Under the pieces are notes generated by a model. It made no database searches. It was not told the origin of the DNA and saw nothing but the letters and a program-made list of their open reading frames with translations. This document shows, one piece after another, positions 12,926-23,192 of a stretch of DNA of 64,000 nt (position 1 is the stretch's first letter; every line of letters begins with the position of its first letter). The position numbers and the translations under genes are program-made. The DNA comes from Heptranchias perlo (lineage: Eukaryota). Location of the stretch: the NCBI RefSeq assembly GCF_035084215.1, contig NC_090343.1, forward strand, positions 44,392,001 through 44,456,000, in the 5' to 3' direction.

Positions 12926-12989
12926 CTTTTCATACAGGCTGAGAAATGGGAGACACAAAACTGAAATGTTATAGTGTTACCATTGTAAG

Positions 12990-13650
12990 TCCAAGGAGAC
13001 TTAGTAGATTTGACGCTGAACATGTTCCACAAAAACAATAGGATATTGAGTTACACAGCCAAAACAGCAAGATGTTAATCAGAGGACATAACAATCAAAC
13101 CTTATAGTGCCCTGGTCAGACTGCACCTTGAATACTACATTCATTTCTGGTCATCTAGAAATATGGGAGGCATTCAATCACTGGAGTTAGTGCAGAGAAG
13201 AGCCACGAGGCTGATTCCCAATGTCAAGAGTTGAGTTAAGAGAAAAGACTGGAGAAACTCAGAAATTTCAGCCTAGAAAGGTGCATCTGAGGGATGATCT
13301 TACAGAGATAGGTAAGATTGTTAAGGGTATAGAAAAAGTAACCCAGAATATTATTTAAAATTAAACAGGAGCGGAACTAGAGGACACAGGCTCAAACTAG
13401 CAAATGGGAACTTTAGGACTGATATCAGGAAATTCGTCTTCACACAAAGAGTGATCAACATATGCAATAAACTTCCAGATAGAGGCAAAACCCTAGAATC
13501 ATTTAAGAAACAATTGATGCTACAATGGTGGGGTGGGGGGTGGAGAGGGGAGCGATTAGGATCTCACTGAATGGATGAATGAAGATGGGCGAGATAGCTT
13601 TGCTCATCCATAATTATCTTTTCCTGATCCATAATTATCTTGTGATCTTA
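12990..13650 (+). mobile_element. Old CR1 3' fragment
   Basis: Decayed LVR-HLEY, gtgcagagaagagccac and agaggacacagg motifs. Confidence 0.65.
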
Positions 13651-14234
13651 TCAAATTCATGTCCAATACAAGCCAAGCAGCAAGTGATCATGGTTGGCAT
13701 GAACATCAAAACGCAACAAACTAACTACTTACCCCCTTAACTGGAAATCATATACTGGTATTCCACAGTGTGATTGCAAGTCAATGGTGTCTTGTTACTT
13801 TTCCGCTGATACATATACACTCATGATAGCTAGAAACACTGGCATCTCTCTCTGGAAAACAAGCGTACACTCCCTTGCTAGTAGTCACATGATCCACATT
13901 TTGTTTTTCATTTGCAATTTCCTTTTGCATTTTCTTCTAGCTTGCACTCACTAATATCAAACGCTAGGAAAATGGGAATCACTACATTCCAGGTGTTACT
14001 CAACACACAGAGGCTCAGATGTTTATTATAAACCGTGTAAGCTTTGCTTTTGTGACTAATGTTATCTGTACTTCCCTTCCTCCTAATTGCACAGTAACCA
14101 TGTAATACAATCCTCATCACCTAGACTGAACAATCATTACATCTTTAGACTAAAACCCTCAATAGGTTAAAAAGAAGACTGAAAGCATTATTTCAATATT
14201 GCCTGCTAGTTTAATTCAAGAAAGCAGATTCAAT

Positions 14235-14400
14235 TCCAATTTTCAAAAAGGGAGTTGGATACATACTTGAAAAGGAAAAATTTGCAGGGCTATGGGGAAA
14301 GAGCAGGGGAGTGGGACTAATTGGATAGCTCTTTCAAAGAGCCGGCACAGGCACGATGGGCCAAATGGCCTCCTTCTGTGCTGTAAGGTGTTATGATGGT
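14235..14400 (+). mobile_element. CR1 3'UTR fragment
   Basis: gggctatggggaaagagcaggggagtgggactaattgg...ccttctgtgctgta. Confidence 0.75.
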
Positions 14401-17249
14401 ATAAGCTGTATACTACTGTGCCAATAGAGCATAGGACCAATCCCTATAGACAACACACAGTAGAAGCACCGTTTGTGCTCGCCAAGAAAATGGAAACAAA
14501 CTCATTTCTATTAAATTCAGCTCCTGGCTATAATGAAATGCACAGTAACTTCAATCTTAGCACAGCTTAGGCTTGGAGTGGGCAATGGAGCCTGAGACTT
14601 CTGCAGCCCTCAGGGTTATCTCCTCACAAACGCAGCACAATGTGTACATTGTCCTTCCTACCTTGGGACGTCAGCACTAATCTAAACCATGTTGGTTGAA
14701 AAGCATTGCTGCCTTACACAATAGTTTCATTACCGATTGAAAATTGGCAGCAATAAGCAATAGTCTTCCTCGAGTGATGTCCACACTATTGCCCCCACCC
14801 CCGAGATCAAAACACATAGGTGAAAACTAGCAAATAAACAGTGGCCAAACACAGAGAAAATGCCATTCCACCCGCTCTCCCACCCAGTCATTTATTTTTA
14901 GCAGCAGCTGTCTTGTGCCTCGCCTATTCTTCATTTCTGAGCCTACCGAGTGAGTGCCAGCAAAGCCATTCTACCAGGCAGGGCATCACAGTTGAGCCTC
15001 ACCCAACAACTACAGCAGGGGTCAATGGATAGCAACCTGCCGCATGAACCTTGGCTTTCTCTTCCCCATCACTAGCCCAGGGCACTGAGGCCAATCGTAG
15101 CATCCACACAGCCACCTCACCTGAGATCAGCTAACTCGGCACAGATCTGGGAACCAACTTGGGACCCTCCTGTACGGGATGATTCAGTTCCACTGTTGCT
15201 CATTAATCTATTCCTAGGCTATAAGAAGCAAATACTCCCTATAGGTTTGGACAGTGCAGTAAGTGATGGCTTGGATCATGAAGTACATCCACCATTAGCT
15301 TTTAGTCTTTACAGGTTAATCAGGGTCACTGGTGTTAGAAGGGAGATTCTTATAATGTTTCTATCCATCCATTTTCTTGATCAATATGTAGAAAGAAATT
15401 AGATTTTTTTCTTTAAAATACATGTTTTACAAAGGAAACGATCTATCTCAATTTCAAATGTTATTTCACTATTCACTTTAACCTGAAACTTACCTGAAAC
15501 AGACAAAAAACCCAGCAAGCAAGGACACGTCGGGTCATCATTTTGACCAAAACTCGCACCAGATTTTCCCACCTTTTAAAAAAAATTGGTTGCAAATTAT
15601 TTTCACGATCTTGAGTGGATGTTTATTTTTCTAAATGAAAAGTAAATTCCTTTCCCGAAGCGATGACTTGGTTTTGCTGCAAATCCGTTGCGCTTAGACA
15701 GAGAGAGAGAGATTTATACTTAGTGCAGCTAGTCCCTCCTACCCTTCCCCTTGCGGGGTATTTTCAGAGGTGGTTTCCAGCCGCGATCCTATCTGATCTC
15801 ACACTATTCGTTTTCAGTTTTATTTTTTGTGTGGTTACTGTCAGGGCCGTTATTTGCACTTAGTTACATCATCTTTTTTTTAAAAAAATAGAAGTTAAGT
15901 TCAAATTATACAAAAGCATTAATTATTTGCATTTGGACACATGAAACTGACAGCGTCTGGGTTCCTGAGCAAAGTCCTTCTGTTGCCCTCTTTTCACAAA
16001 GCGAAGTTTTAAAAAAAATAAACTTAGATTCATTTTCAAAAACCTTTTCTTTCACGGCTGATGTGGGGTCGGAAGCTCATCTCAGGTAACATTTCTAGAC
16101 AAATGACCGGTTAACATTGTATTCCACTTTATGTCTACCGCCTCTTATGATTCATTTTTTTGTGGTACCCAAAAGTTAGATGTTGAATAAGCAGGGGTGG
16201 GTGGCGGTTCCGAGCATCTCCAGACCCTCCTCTCTAAACCCTGTGCCTGGTGGTCCCAGACTCGAATTGCACAGTGCTTTCCAGTCCGGATCCCAAAGAG
16301 CCACATTCAGCAGGGCTGATCCTTGTAATCGTTGCTCCATTGATTGTGCACCCCCACCCCCACCCTCTCCCAACACACACACACACAAGGTTAAAAATAA
16401 TTTAAACCCCGACAAATGTAGCTATTTAGTGAGCACGTCATGGCGTTACTGCACCACCATCAAAGGAATCTCCATGAGCCCAGGCTAAGGTCTTGGAAGT
16501 GCCCGTGTGACTGGGGCCTCCCAAAACTGAGGATTCCAGACTCAGAGAATTGTGCGTGGTGGATATCACAGCATTGCTCCACTCCATTCTCTCATCACTA
16601 ATCAAAAGGACCAACCCCAAAAACTTCCTCGCCCCCAATGCTCCAATTCCACACATCACCATCTACCTGACAATCCTCCCAGGAATCTCACGTATGTATC
16701 TGCCACCACTCCACCTCACAGTGGAAAGCGACCTATCACTTTTGTACATCTTATAAAACACTTTGATTTCAAGTGGGCTAACACTCCTGTACACAGTTGT
16801 TTTATAGAGATGTAACAGTGCTGCATGTCTCAGTGTCAAAGTTTTTGCATCGGGTGCAAAAAAATGTCTATTGGGTGTGAGTAAATGTCCTACAGGACGA
16901 TAAGAAAACATTCTTTTACTGGCCACAGTGCTTTCTCACCCACCCCAGTGAATATCGTTACAAAGCAAATTTATAATATAATTCATAAAAAATGTAATTG
17001 TTCATAGAAAAATCACACTTATCCATAAATTCATCTCTAAGAACTTACTCTCTCTTCCACAAACATTAAGACAATGTACGACCAAGCTCTCAGCTCTATA
17101 TACAGCCTCCCCCCTTACTTCTACATCTTCCCATGCTCAGTTTGCTTATCCTCTTCAGAGCCCTGCTATAATTATCCAAATATAAAGCTTCTCCTAGCGA
17201 ATACACCCCAAATCCTAGCATCCATGCATAACAGCAGCCGTGGGTTTAT

Positions 17250-17425
17250 TTTTTCATTCTCGGAATATGGGCGTCGTTGGCAAGATCGGCATTTATTGCC
17301 CATTCCTAGTTGCCCCGAGAAGGTGGTAATGGGCCTTCCTCTTGAACCGCTGCAGTCCACCTGTTGAAGGTGCTCCCACAGTGCTGTTGGGTAGGGAGTT
17401 CCAGGATTTTGACCCAGCCACAATG
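17250..17425 (-). mobile_element. Family B LINE 3' tail
   Basis: Reverse complement of the 51600-51780 tail. Confidence 0.75.
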
Positions 17426-17895
17426 ACCCACAATGCCAAATGGTTTCCATTTTAAAAATTCTAGCACCCAAGCTTAGCTACAAATTGATGTAAGACTATA
17501 CAGTTTAGAAATTCTTGTAACTTGAAACCAGACTGATCTCTGCTCCAACACACTGTTGTCTGCAAATCGGCGTTGGGGCCAATCGACAACTAAGTTACAA
17601 ACACAGTTTGTTTTCATAATTCCATCCTCCAATTTAAATCTATTTGGGAGGACTTCCACAAAATCAGTGCCTTTACCAAGGATTTTCTTAGCATTACAAC
17701 AGAAAAACTTATTTTAGTCCAAGAATTCAATAATATTTTCATCACCAGGTTTATTATAGGACAATGCATTCTAAGCTACATATTATAATCCCTATTCTCT
17801 TTTAAAAAACAGAATATCCACAATTATTATATAACAATCCATTTTCCAAATAGTATAATACTCCTGTACATCTATATATCATTAAAACCTTATGG

Positions 17896-17942
17896 ATTGA
17901 TAGATAGATAGATCGATAGATAGATAGGTATATAGATACATC
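17896..17942. repeat. (GATA)n microsatellite
   Basis: Direct reading; a related GATA/GGAT tract lies at 19227-19290. Confidence 0.85.
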
Positions 17943-18334
17943 AATCATCTGAGAATCACCTGCAATGGCTTCTCTTCCCACTCCCGCACCATTACCTCTG
18001 GAGCCCCAAGGATCTATCCTTGGCCCTCTCCTATTTCTCATCTACATGCTGCCCCTCGGTGACATCATCGGAAAACACAATGTCAGGTTCCACATATACG
18101 CTGATGACACCCTGCTCTACCTCACCACCACCTCTCTTGACCTCTCCACTGTCTCTGATCTGTCATGCTGCTTATCCGACATCCAGTACCGGATGAGCAG
18201 AAATTTCTTCCAACTAAATATTGAGAAGACCGAAGCCATTGTCTTTGGTCCCCGCGACAAACTCCATTCGTTTAGCCACTGTCTCCATCCCTGTCGCTAG
18301 CCACTGAGGCTGAACCAGACCATATGCAACCTTG

Positions 18335-18542
18335 ATGTGGAGATGCCGGTGATGGACTGGGGTTGACAATTGTAAACAATTTTACAACACCAAGTTATAG
18401 TCCAGCAATTTTATTTTAAATTCACAAGCTTTCGGAGGCTTCCTCCTTCCTCAGGTGAACGGAAAGAGGAAGCCTCCGAAAGCTTGTGAATTTAAAATAA
18501 AATTGCTGGACTATAACTTGGTGTTGTAAAATTGTTTACAAT
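18335..18542 (-). mobile_element. Penelope-like element remnant with inverted pLTR arms and target-site duplication
   Basis: Perfect 77-bp inverted repeat (18369-18445 / 18466-18542); atatgcaaccttg on both sides (18322-18334, 18541-18553); the same arm sits at the end of the Penelope fragment at 26.0 kb. Confidence 0.8.
18421..18459 (-). ncRNA. Minimal hammerhead ribozyme motif (Penelope type)
   Basis: Minus strand: UUCAC CUGAGGA A GGAGG aag CCUCC GAAA GCUU GUGAA = stem I, CUGAnGA core, stem II, GAAA, palindromic loopless stem III. Confidence 0.65.
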
Positions 18543-19700
18543 ATGCAACCTTGGCATCCTGTTTGACCCTGAAATGAGCTTCTGACCCCATAGCCACTCC
18601 ATCACCAAGACTGTCTACTTCCTCCGCTGTAACATTGCCCGTCTCTGCCCCTGCCTCAGCTCATCTGCTGCTGAAACCCTCATCCATGCCATTGTTACCT
18701 CCAGTCTTGACTATTCCAATGCTCTCCTGGCTGGCCTCCCATCTTCCATGCTTCCAACTTGAGCTCATCCAAAATTCTGCTGCCCGTATCCTAATTCGCA
18801 CCAAGTCCCTTTCACCCATCACCCCTATGCTCGCTGACGTACATTGGTTCCCAGTCTGGCAACGCTTCAATTTTAAAATTCTCATCCTATTTTCAAATCC
18901 TTGCATGGCCTCGCCTCCTCCAGCTCTACAATCCTCCGAGATCTCTGCGCTCCTCCAATTCTGGGCTCTCGAGCATCCCCGATTTTAATTGCTCCATCAT
19001 TGGCGGCCACGCCTTCAGCTGCCTAGGTTCTAAGCTCTGGAATTCCCTCCCTTAACCTGTCCGCCAACTCTCCCCCTTTAAGACACTCCTTAAAACCTAC
19101 TTCTTCAGTCCTAGTATCTCCTTACGCGACTCGGTGTCAAATTTTGTTTGATAACGCTCCTGTGAAGCGCCTTGGGACATTTTGCTACGTTAAAGGCACT
19201 CTATAAATGCAAGTTGCTGTTGTTGTGGATAGATAGATAGAGATGGACGGATGGATGGCAGGTTGGACGGACATAGGAATGGATGGATGATGTGGCTAAA
19301 GTGACTGTGTGCCTGTTTAAGGACTGATTTTATGCAATGAAATATCTAAATTTCAGGCATTACAAAAAGGTACATTTGTAAATAATAGTGAGATTGTGTA
19401 CCGCTTTACTGTGATTAACAAGCCAGACTTGGCATATTTCCACCTTTGATAAAACCTGATTTACAGAGCACCTGTCAGCCGCAATGCAGTTCCATTTACA
19501 AACTGATGTGGGGAAAATATTTCCTTTAGGTATCTGGAAAACCCCACTATTCCCTTTATCTAGTGCAATTTACTGGATGCATATAATCCGTGTAAATTCC
19601 ATGGGGCTTTTTTTGCATTGGATAACTAGAAAAGTCCCCACGCTCTCCTTGCGCAATAATTGAGCAGTGACTCCTGCTGGGACCTGGAGTCGCGCGTGAG

Positions 19701-19837
19701 ACTACAACTCCCACAGTGCACTGCAGCCCTGGCCGCAGGACCGCGTCTGCGCCTTACGCTCTGCCGGGAGTTGTAGTCCGCCTCCGGGCCAACTGAGCGC
19801 AGCGCGACGGCGGAGAGAACTACAACCCCCAGAATGC
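19701..19837. promoter_or_regulatory. Cluster of three ZNF143/Staf (SBS, ACTACA-THAP11 type) sites
   Basis: ACTACAACTCCCACAGTGCA (19701-19720,+), ACTACAACTCCCGGCAGA (19777-19760,-), ACTACAACCCCCAGAATGC (19819-19837,+). Confidence 0.85.
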
Positions 19838-19885
19838 GCAGCGGGCGGCCGTACATGCGCGCTGGGCCTTTTCTAACTTTAAACG

Positions 19886-19896
19886 GCCGCCATCTT
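19886..19896. promoter_or_regulatory. YY1 binding site near the TSS
   Basis: GCCGCCATCTT, the reverse complement of the AAGATGGCGGC YY1 consensus. Confidence 0.7.
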
Positions 19897-19951
19897 TCAG
19901 CTAGAGGGGATAGCGGGGGGAGGCTGTTGTCGGTTTGTCCTGTGGGTTCTG
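19890..19951 (+). other. AP1G1: Probable non-coding exon 1 (5' UTR) of the AP-1 gamma gene; start approximate
   Basis: Lies downstream of the SBS cluster and ends at a strong donor (ttctg|gtgagt). The first coding exon has an acceptor 4 nt before its ATG, so an upstream non-coding exon is required. Confidence 0.6.
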
Positions 19952-21305
19952 GTGAGTATCGGCGGCTGACAGCAGCCGTCGGCGGCGGCCGGTCATCCTT
20001 TAAACATTTAGGACGCGGCCCGGGCTCGGTATGAGGCTGAAGTACCATCAGAGAGGCGGCTGTGTGTGTGCGTTTACAGGGGGATGGAGAGAGGAGGAGA
20101 GCTGCGCCTCCCCCCTCCCTCTCCCCATTCTCCTCAGTGACCGGTGCACAGGCAGCGCTCAGCTGCAGCGGGCCTCTCACCTGGACCAGACCAAGCTGGG
20201 CGAGTGAGATTCGTTGTCCACATGGTACATTGTGTTAGGGGCTGTCACCCTCAGTACGTTCCACAGTGGTGCTAAATGGGCTGCTGGCAAATAATGTGGA
20301 TCTTTTAGAAATATATATCTATAGTTGTGTGGGGAAAAAATGGAAAATGCAGGAAAAATTGAGGGTCATGTGGTGGGGAAAAACAACCCTTTAATGTTCC
20401 ATTTGGGTCACAAGTCACGTTAGACTGCTGTAGAGATAGTGGGTGGTCAGTGGTGTATTACAGATGTATGTGTGGTTCCAGCTGAGCTTGCTGCAGGTTC
20501 ATGTACAGTACAAGCCCCAGAAGCATGGGGCACATCTGTAATTCAGGTTATTTCTGCATGTCCAATTATTTTTTTGTAATGTACAAGATGCTGTCCCTTT
20601 TCCCACTTGTTTGTGCCTTGATAATTAGCCAGTGATGAGTCTTGCTGCAGCATAGAGGGTGGTTGACAATGAAGAACATTTGGTGTACATATTAAGACTG
20701 CAAAAATGACAACAAACTGTATGTTCTGACTTAGTGTACTTTAAAAGGTAATATTATGTAATTCACAGACAAAATGCATGTAATATGGTATGATGTAGAG
20801 TACCTGTGAGTGCATTGAACTGTGAAAATTAAGTTCCCAACCTTTAACTCCCTGAGCATCTGTCATTTCATGTAGTGTTATGTGGTTGCACTTCTGAAAA
20901 GAATGTGAAAATGTAATGTGAAGTGTGGGCTAGTGGCATCCTGCAGTGTCTGTTGGTCGTGGTTTGTGGGATCATGGGAATCTGAGAAGAATATCACAAC
21001 CTTTCTGAAGATTAGAGTTTTGGTTCTTGGAAGAGTGTCAGGGTTGTTTTGTTATTGTTTAGTTACTTAGTAAACACTATTAAAATGCACTTACAAAATC
21101 AGTAGAACTGAATTTTCCAAATCTTACAATTGTGCACTAGATGGGTATATTTATGCAGGAGTACCAATGCCAAAATTCCCTAAAATCAGCCAAGGCACTC
21201 TAATAGCAGGATTAAATTTTCTTATGCCCTTAAACTGACAGGTGCATTATGAAAGAAGTGATTTTTCTTAAAGTGTATGTATTTCAGAACCAAGGGTATA
21301 TCCTA

Positions 21306-21308
<3 letters not shown>

Positions 21309-21337
<29 letters not shown>
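21309..21337. repeat. (CT)n microsatellite
   Basis: Direct reading. Confidence 0.9.
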
Positions 21338-21342
<5 letters not shown>

Positions 21343-22109
21343 CACCTCCCCACCCCCCCACCCCAAAGGAAGGCACTTCTTAAAAATGTATTGAGTACTA
21401 ATGCATATCTAACCCAGCTGGTCCCATCTTCCTCCAGAGCCGTTGAAGCGAGAGACATGATAATGAGCCACTGTACATTTTGCTGAATAGAAAAATGGGG
21501 TAAGGGTGAAGATGGTCGGGGATTAGCAGCCATTGGCTGTGAAGACTACAGACATTTTAAATGACTTTGGCAGTGTAGCAGAATGCTCATCTCTTTGATA
21601 TAAAGTTTTTTTTTAAAATTGGTAGTAGAATGCATTGTTGCCAATTCTACCAGCAATGATGGCAATTAATGGGAGTTGGGTGACGCAATAGGTTTATTGT
21701 TCTTTTCATCCTTACTATCTGGGTTCAAAATCGAGCTCATACTGATGAGAAACTCTCCTGTCTGTTGGCATTGAGGGTCCGATGTAGAATCGAGTTTCAG
21801 CAGTCCCAACCATTTCTTAGAAGGGGATAGGCCACCAAACTACCCTTATTTCATCATTAATTGTGATATTACTCGAGGTGTCACGGGATAGCTTGTCCAG
21901 GAAGTGGAAAATGAACGCTCTTTTGTAATAGATTGGCATAGAGGCACATTTGGCAGAGTATAGGAAACATTGCCTCAATTGGGAGTGCTGTACTTTATCT
22001 GGGAATGCTTGATGTTGGCTGAGAGTCTGGAATGTGCCATTTTCAGCACTAAAATCCCTATCGTGATTCGCATCAAAAAAGCCGCTGAAGGAATAGCTCA
22101 GTAGATTAG

Positions 22110-22420
22110 AACTCTGTGTTCCTCCAATTCTAGCCTCTTGTCAGTGCACCTCGATCGCCTTCCATTGTCCCACCATTGGCAGCTATGCCTTCAGCTATCT
22201 AGGCTCCAAGCTCTGGAAATCCCTCTATAAAGCTCTCTGCCTCTCCGCCTCACTCTCCTCCTTTAAGGTACTCCTTAAAACTTACTACTTTGACCAAGCT
22301 TTTGGTCACCTGTCCTAATGTCTCCTTCCTGGCTCGGTGTTAATTTTTATCTGATCACGCTCCTATGAAGCACCTTGTGACGTCTTACTACATTAAAGGC
22401 ACTATATAAATGCTAGTTGT
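22110..22420 (+). mobile_element. L2 LINE 3' end
   Basis: gccttcagctatctaggctccaagctctggaa...aaaggcactatataaatgc. Confidence 0.75.
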
Positions 22421-23075
22421 AGATTAAACAATGCATTTGGATTTTACTTTAGCTATAGAAGACACTGAAGTAGGTTAATGGGAGTCTTTTAACAACAAAA
22501 TGTGTTTTGAACTTTTTAGGATACGATTATATCCTGAAAACAAAACGTTTCAGCTAATGTCACAAAGTAACCCTGCTGAATGCTTTCCTCCTTCCTCTTT
22601 GGTGAGGAGGGGGGGGGGGGGGAAATAAAATCTACAATTCGACCTGTGATACACCAGAATTTGCTACCAAAGCTTGTAGGAAAAATGATTGGGAGTTTTT
22701 CTTATGAATTGAAAACTGCTTATAGAATAGTGCACCAGAAATTCCACTGAACAATACAGGCAAGGGAGGAAGTCTCACGGGTATTCCCCACTTCTGCTGC
22801 AGGCTTTGACTTCCTGAATTAATTTACTGTCATTATCTGAGCCATGAAGAAATCCCTTGAAGTATGAAATTAAAATTAATTCTTGGTCAGTGCTGTACAG
22901 TGGATTTTTCTTAGCCAATTCTCTGTCCAGTTCTTCCCCTCTGAAGGTCCTGGCTGTTACCGGGTTATTGTTCTGTGGGTGTTGGCAGCCCTTCAGTACT
23001 TTCCCAAGGGACAATTCTTTGCTTGTGAGCTTAGGGAGTGAGTGTCCACAGACGTTTTCTGTGGAGGGCATCACA

Positions 23076-23192
23076 GCCATGCCCGATCTTGTCTATCACT
23101 ATTTGATCATGAGGGGCCATGGGGTCATGTCTGATCTTGTCCTGTGCTATTTGATCATGAGGGACCACACGGCCATCCCTGATCTTGTCCTT
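23076..23192. repeat. Tandem duplication (~47-48 bp unit, ~2.5 copies) inside an ancient SINE
   Basis: ctatttgatcatgaggg occurs twice and gatcttgtc three times at that spacing. Confidence 0.7.

Larger units (their letters stand above)
17960..19225 (+). mobile_element. L2 LINE 3' half (RT), interrupted by a Penelope remnant
   Basis: PQGSILGPLLFLIYMLPLG...FHIYADDT; LQNSAAR- and LHWLP-type motifs; aaatgcaagttgctgttgttg tail. Confidence 0.9.
19640..20220 (+). promoter_or_regulatory. CpG-island promoter of the AP-1 gamma gene
   Basis: Only strongly CpG/GC-rich stretch in the window. Contains three ACTACAAnnCCCA-type motifs, a YY1 motif and a consensus donor CTG|GTGAGT at 19951/19952. Confidence 0.85.

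Noticed and set aside
16395-16790. Possible decayed Penelope RT (TTIKGISMSP...)
   Set aside because: Motif resemblance is too weak to call without a search.
18369-18542. miRNA precursor
   Set aside because: A perfect long stem with a TSD and identity to a Penelope end indicate a transposon origin.
19626-20180. 184-aa minus-strand ORF
   Set aside because: GC-rich promoter artefact with low-information composition and no recognisable domain.
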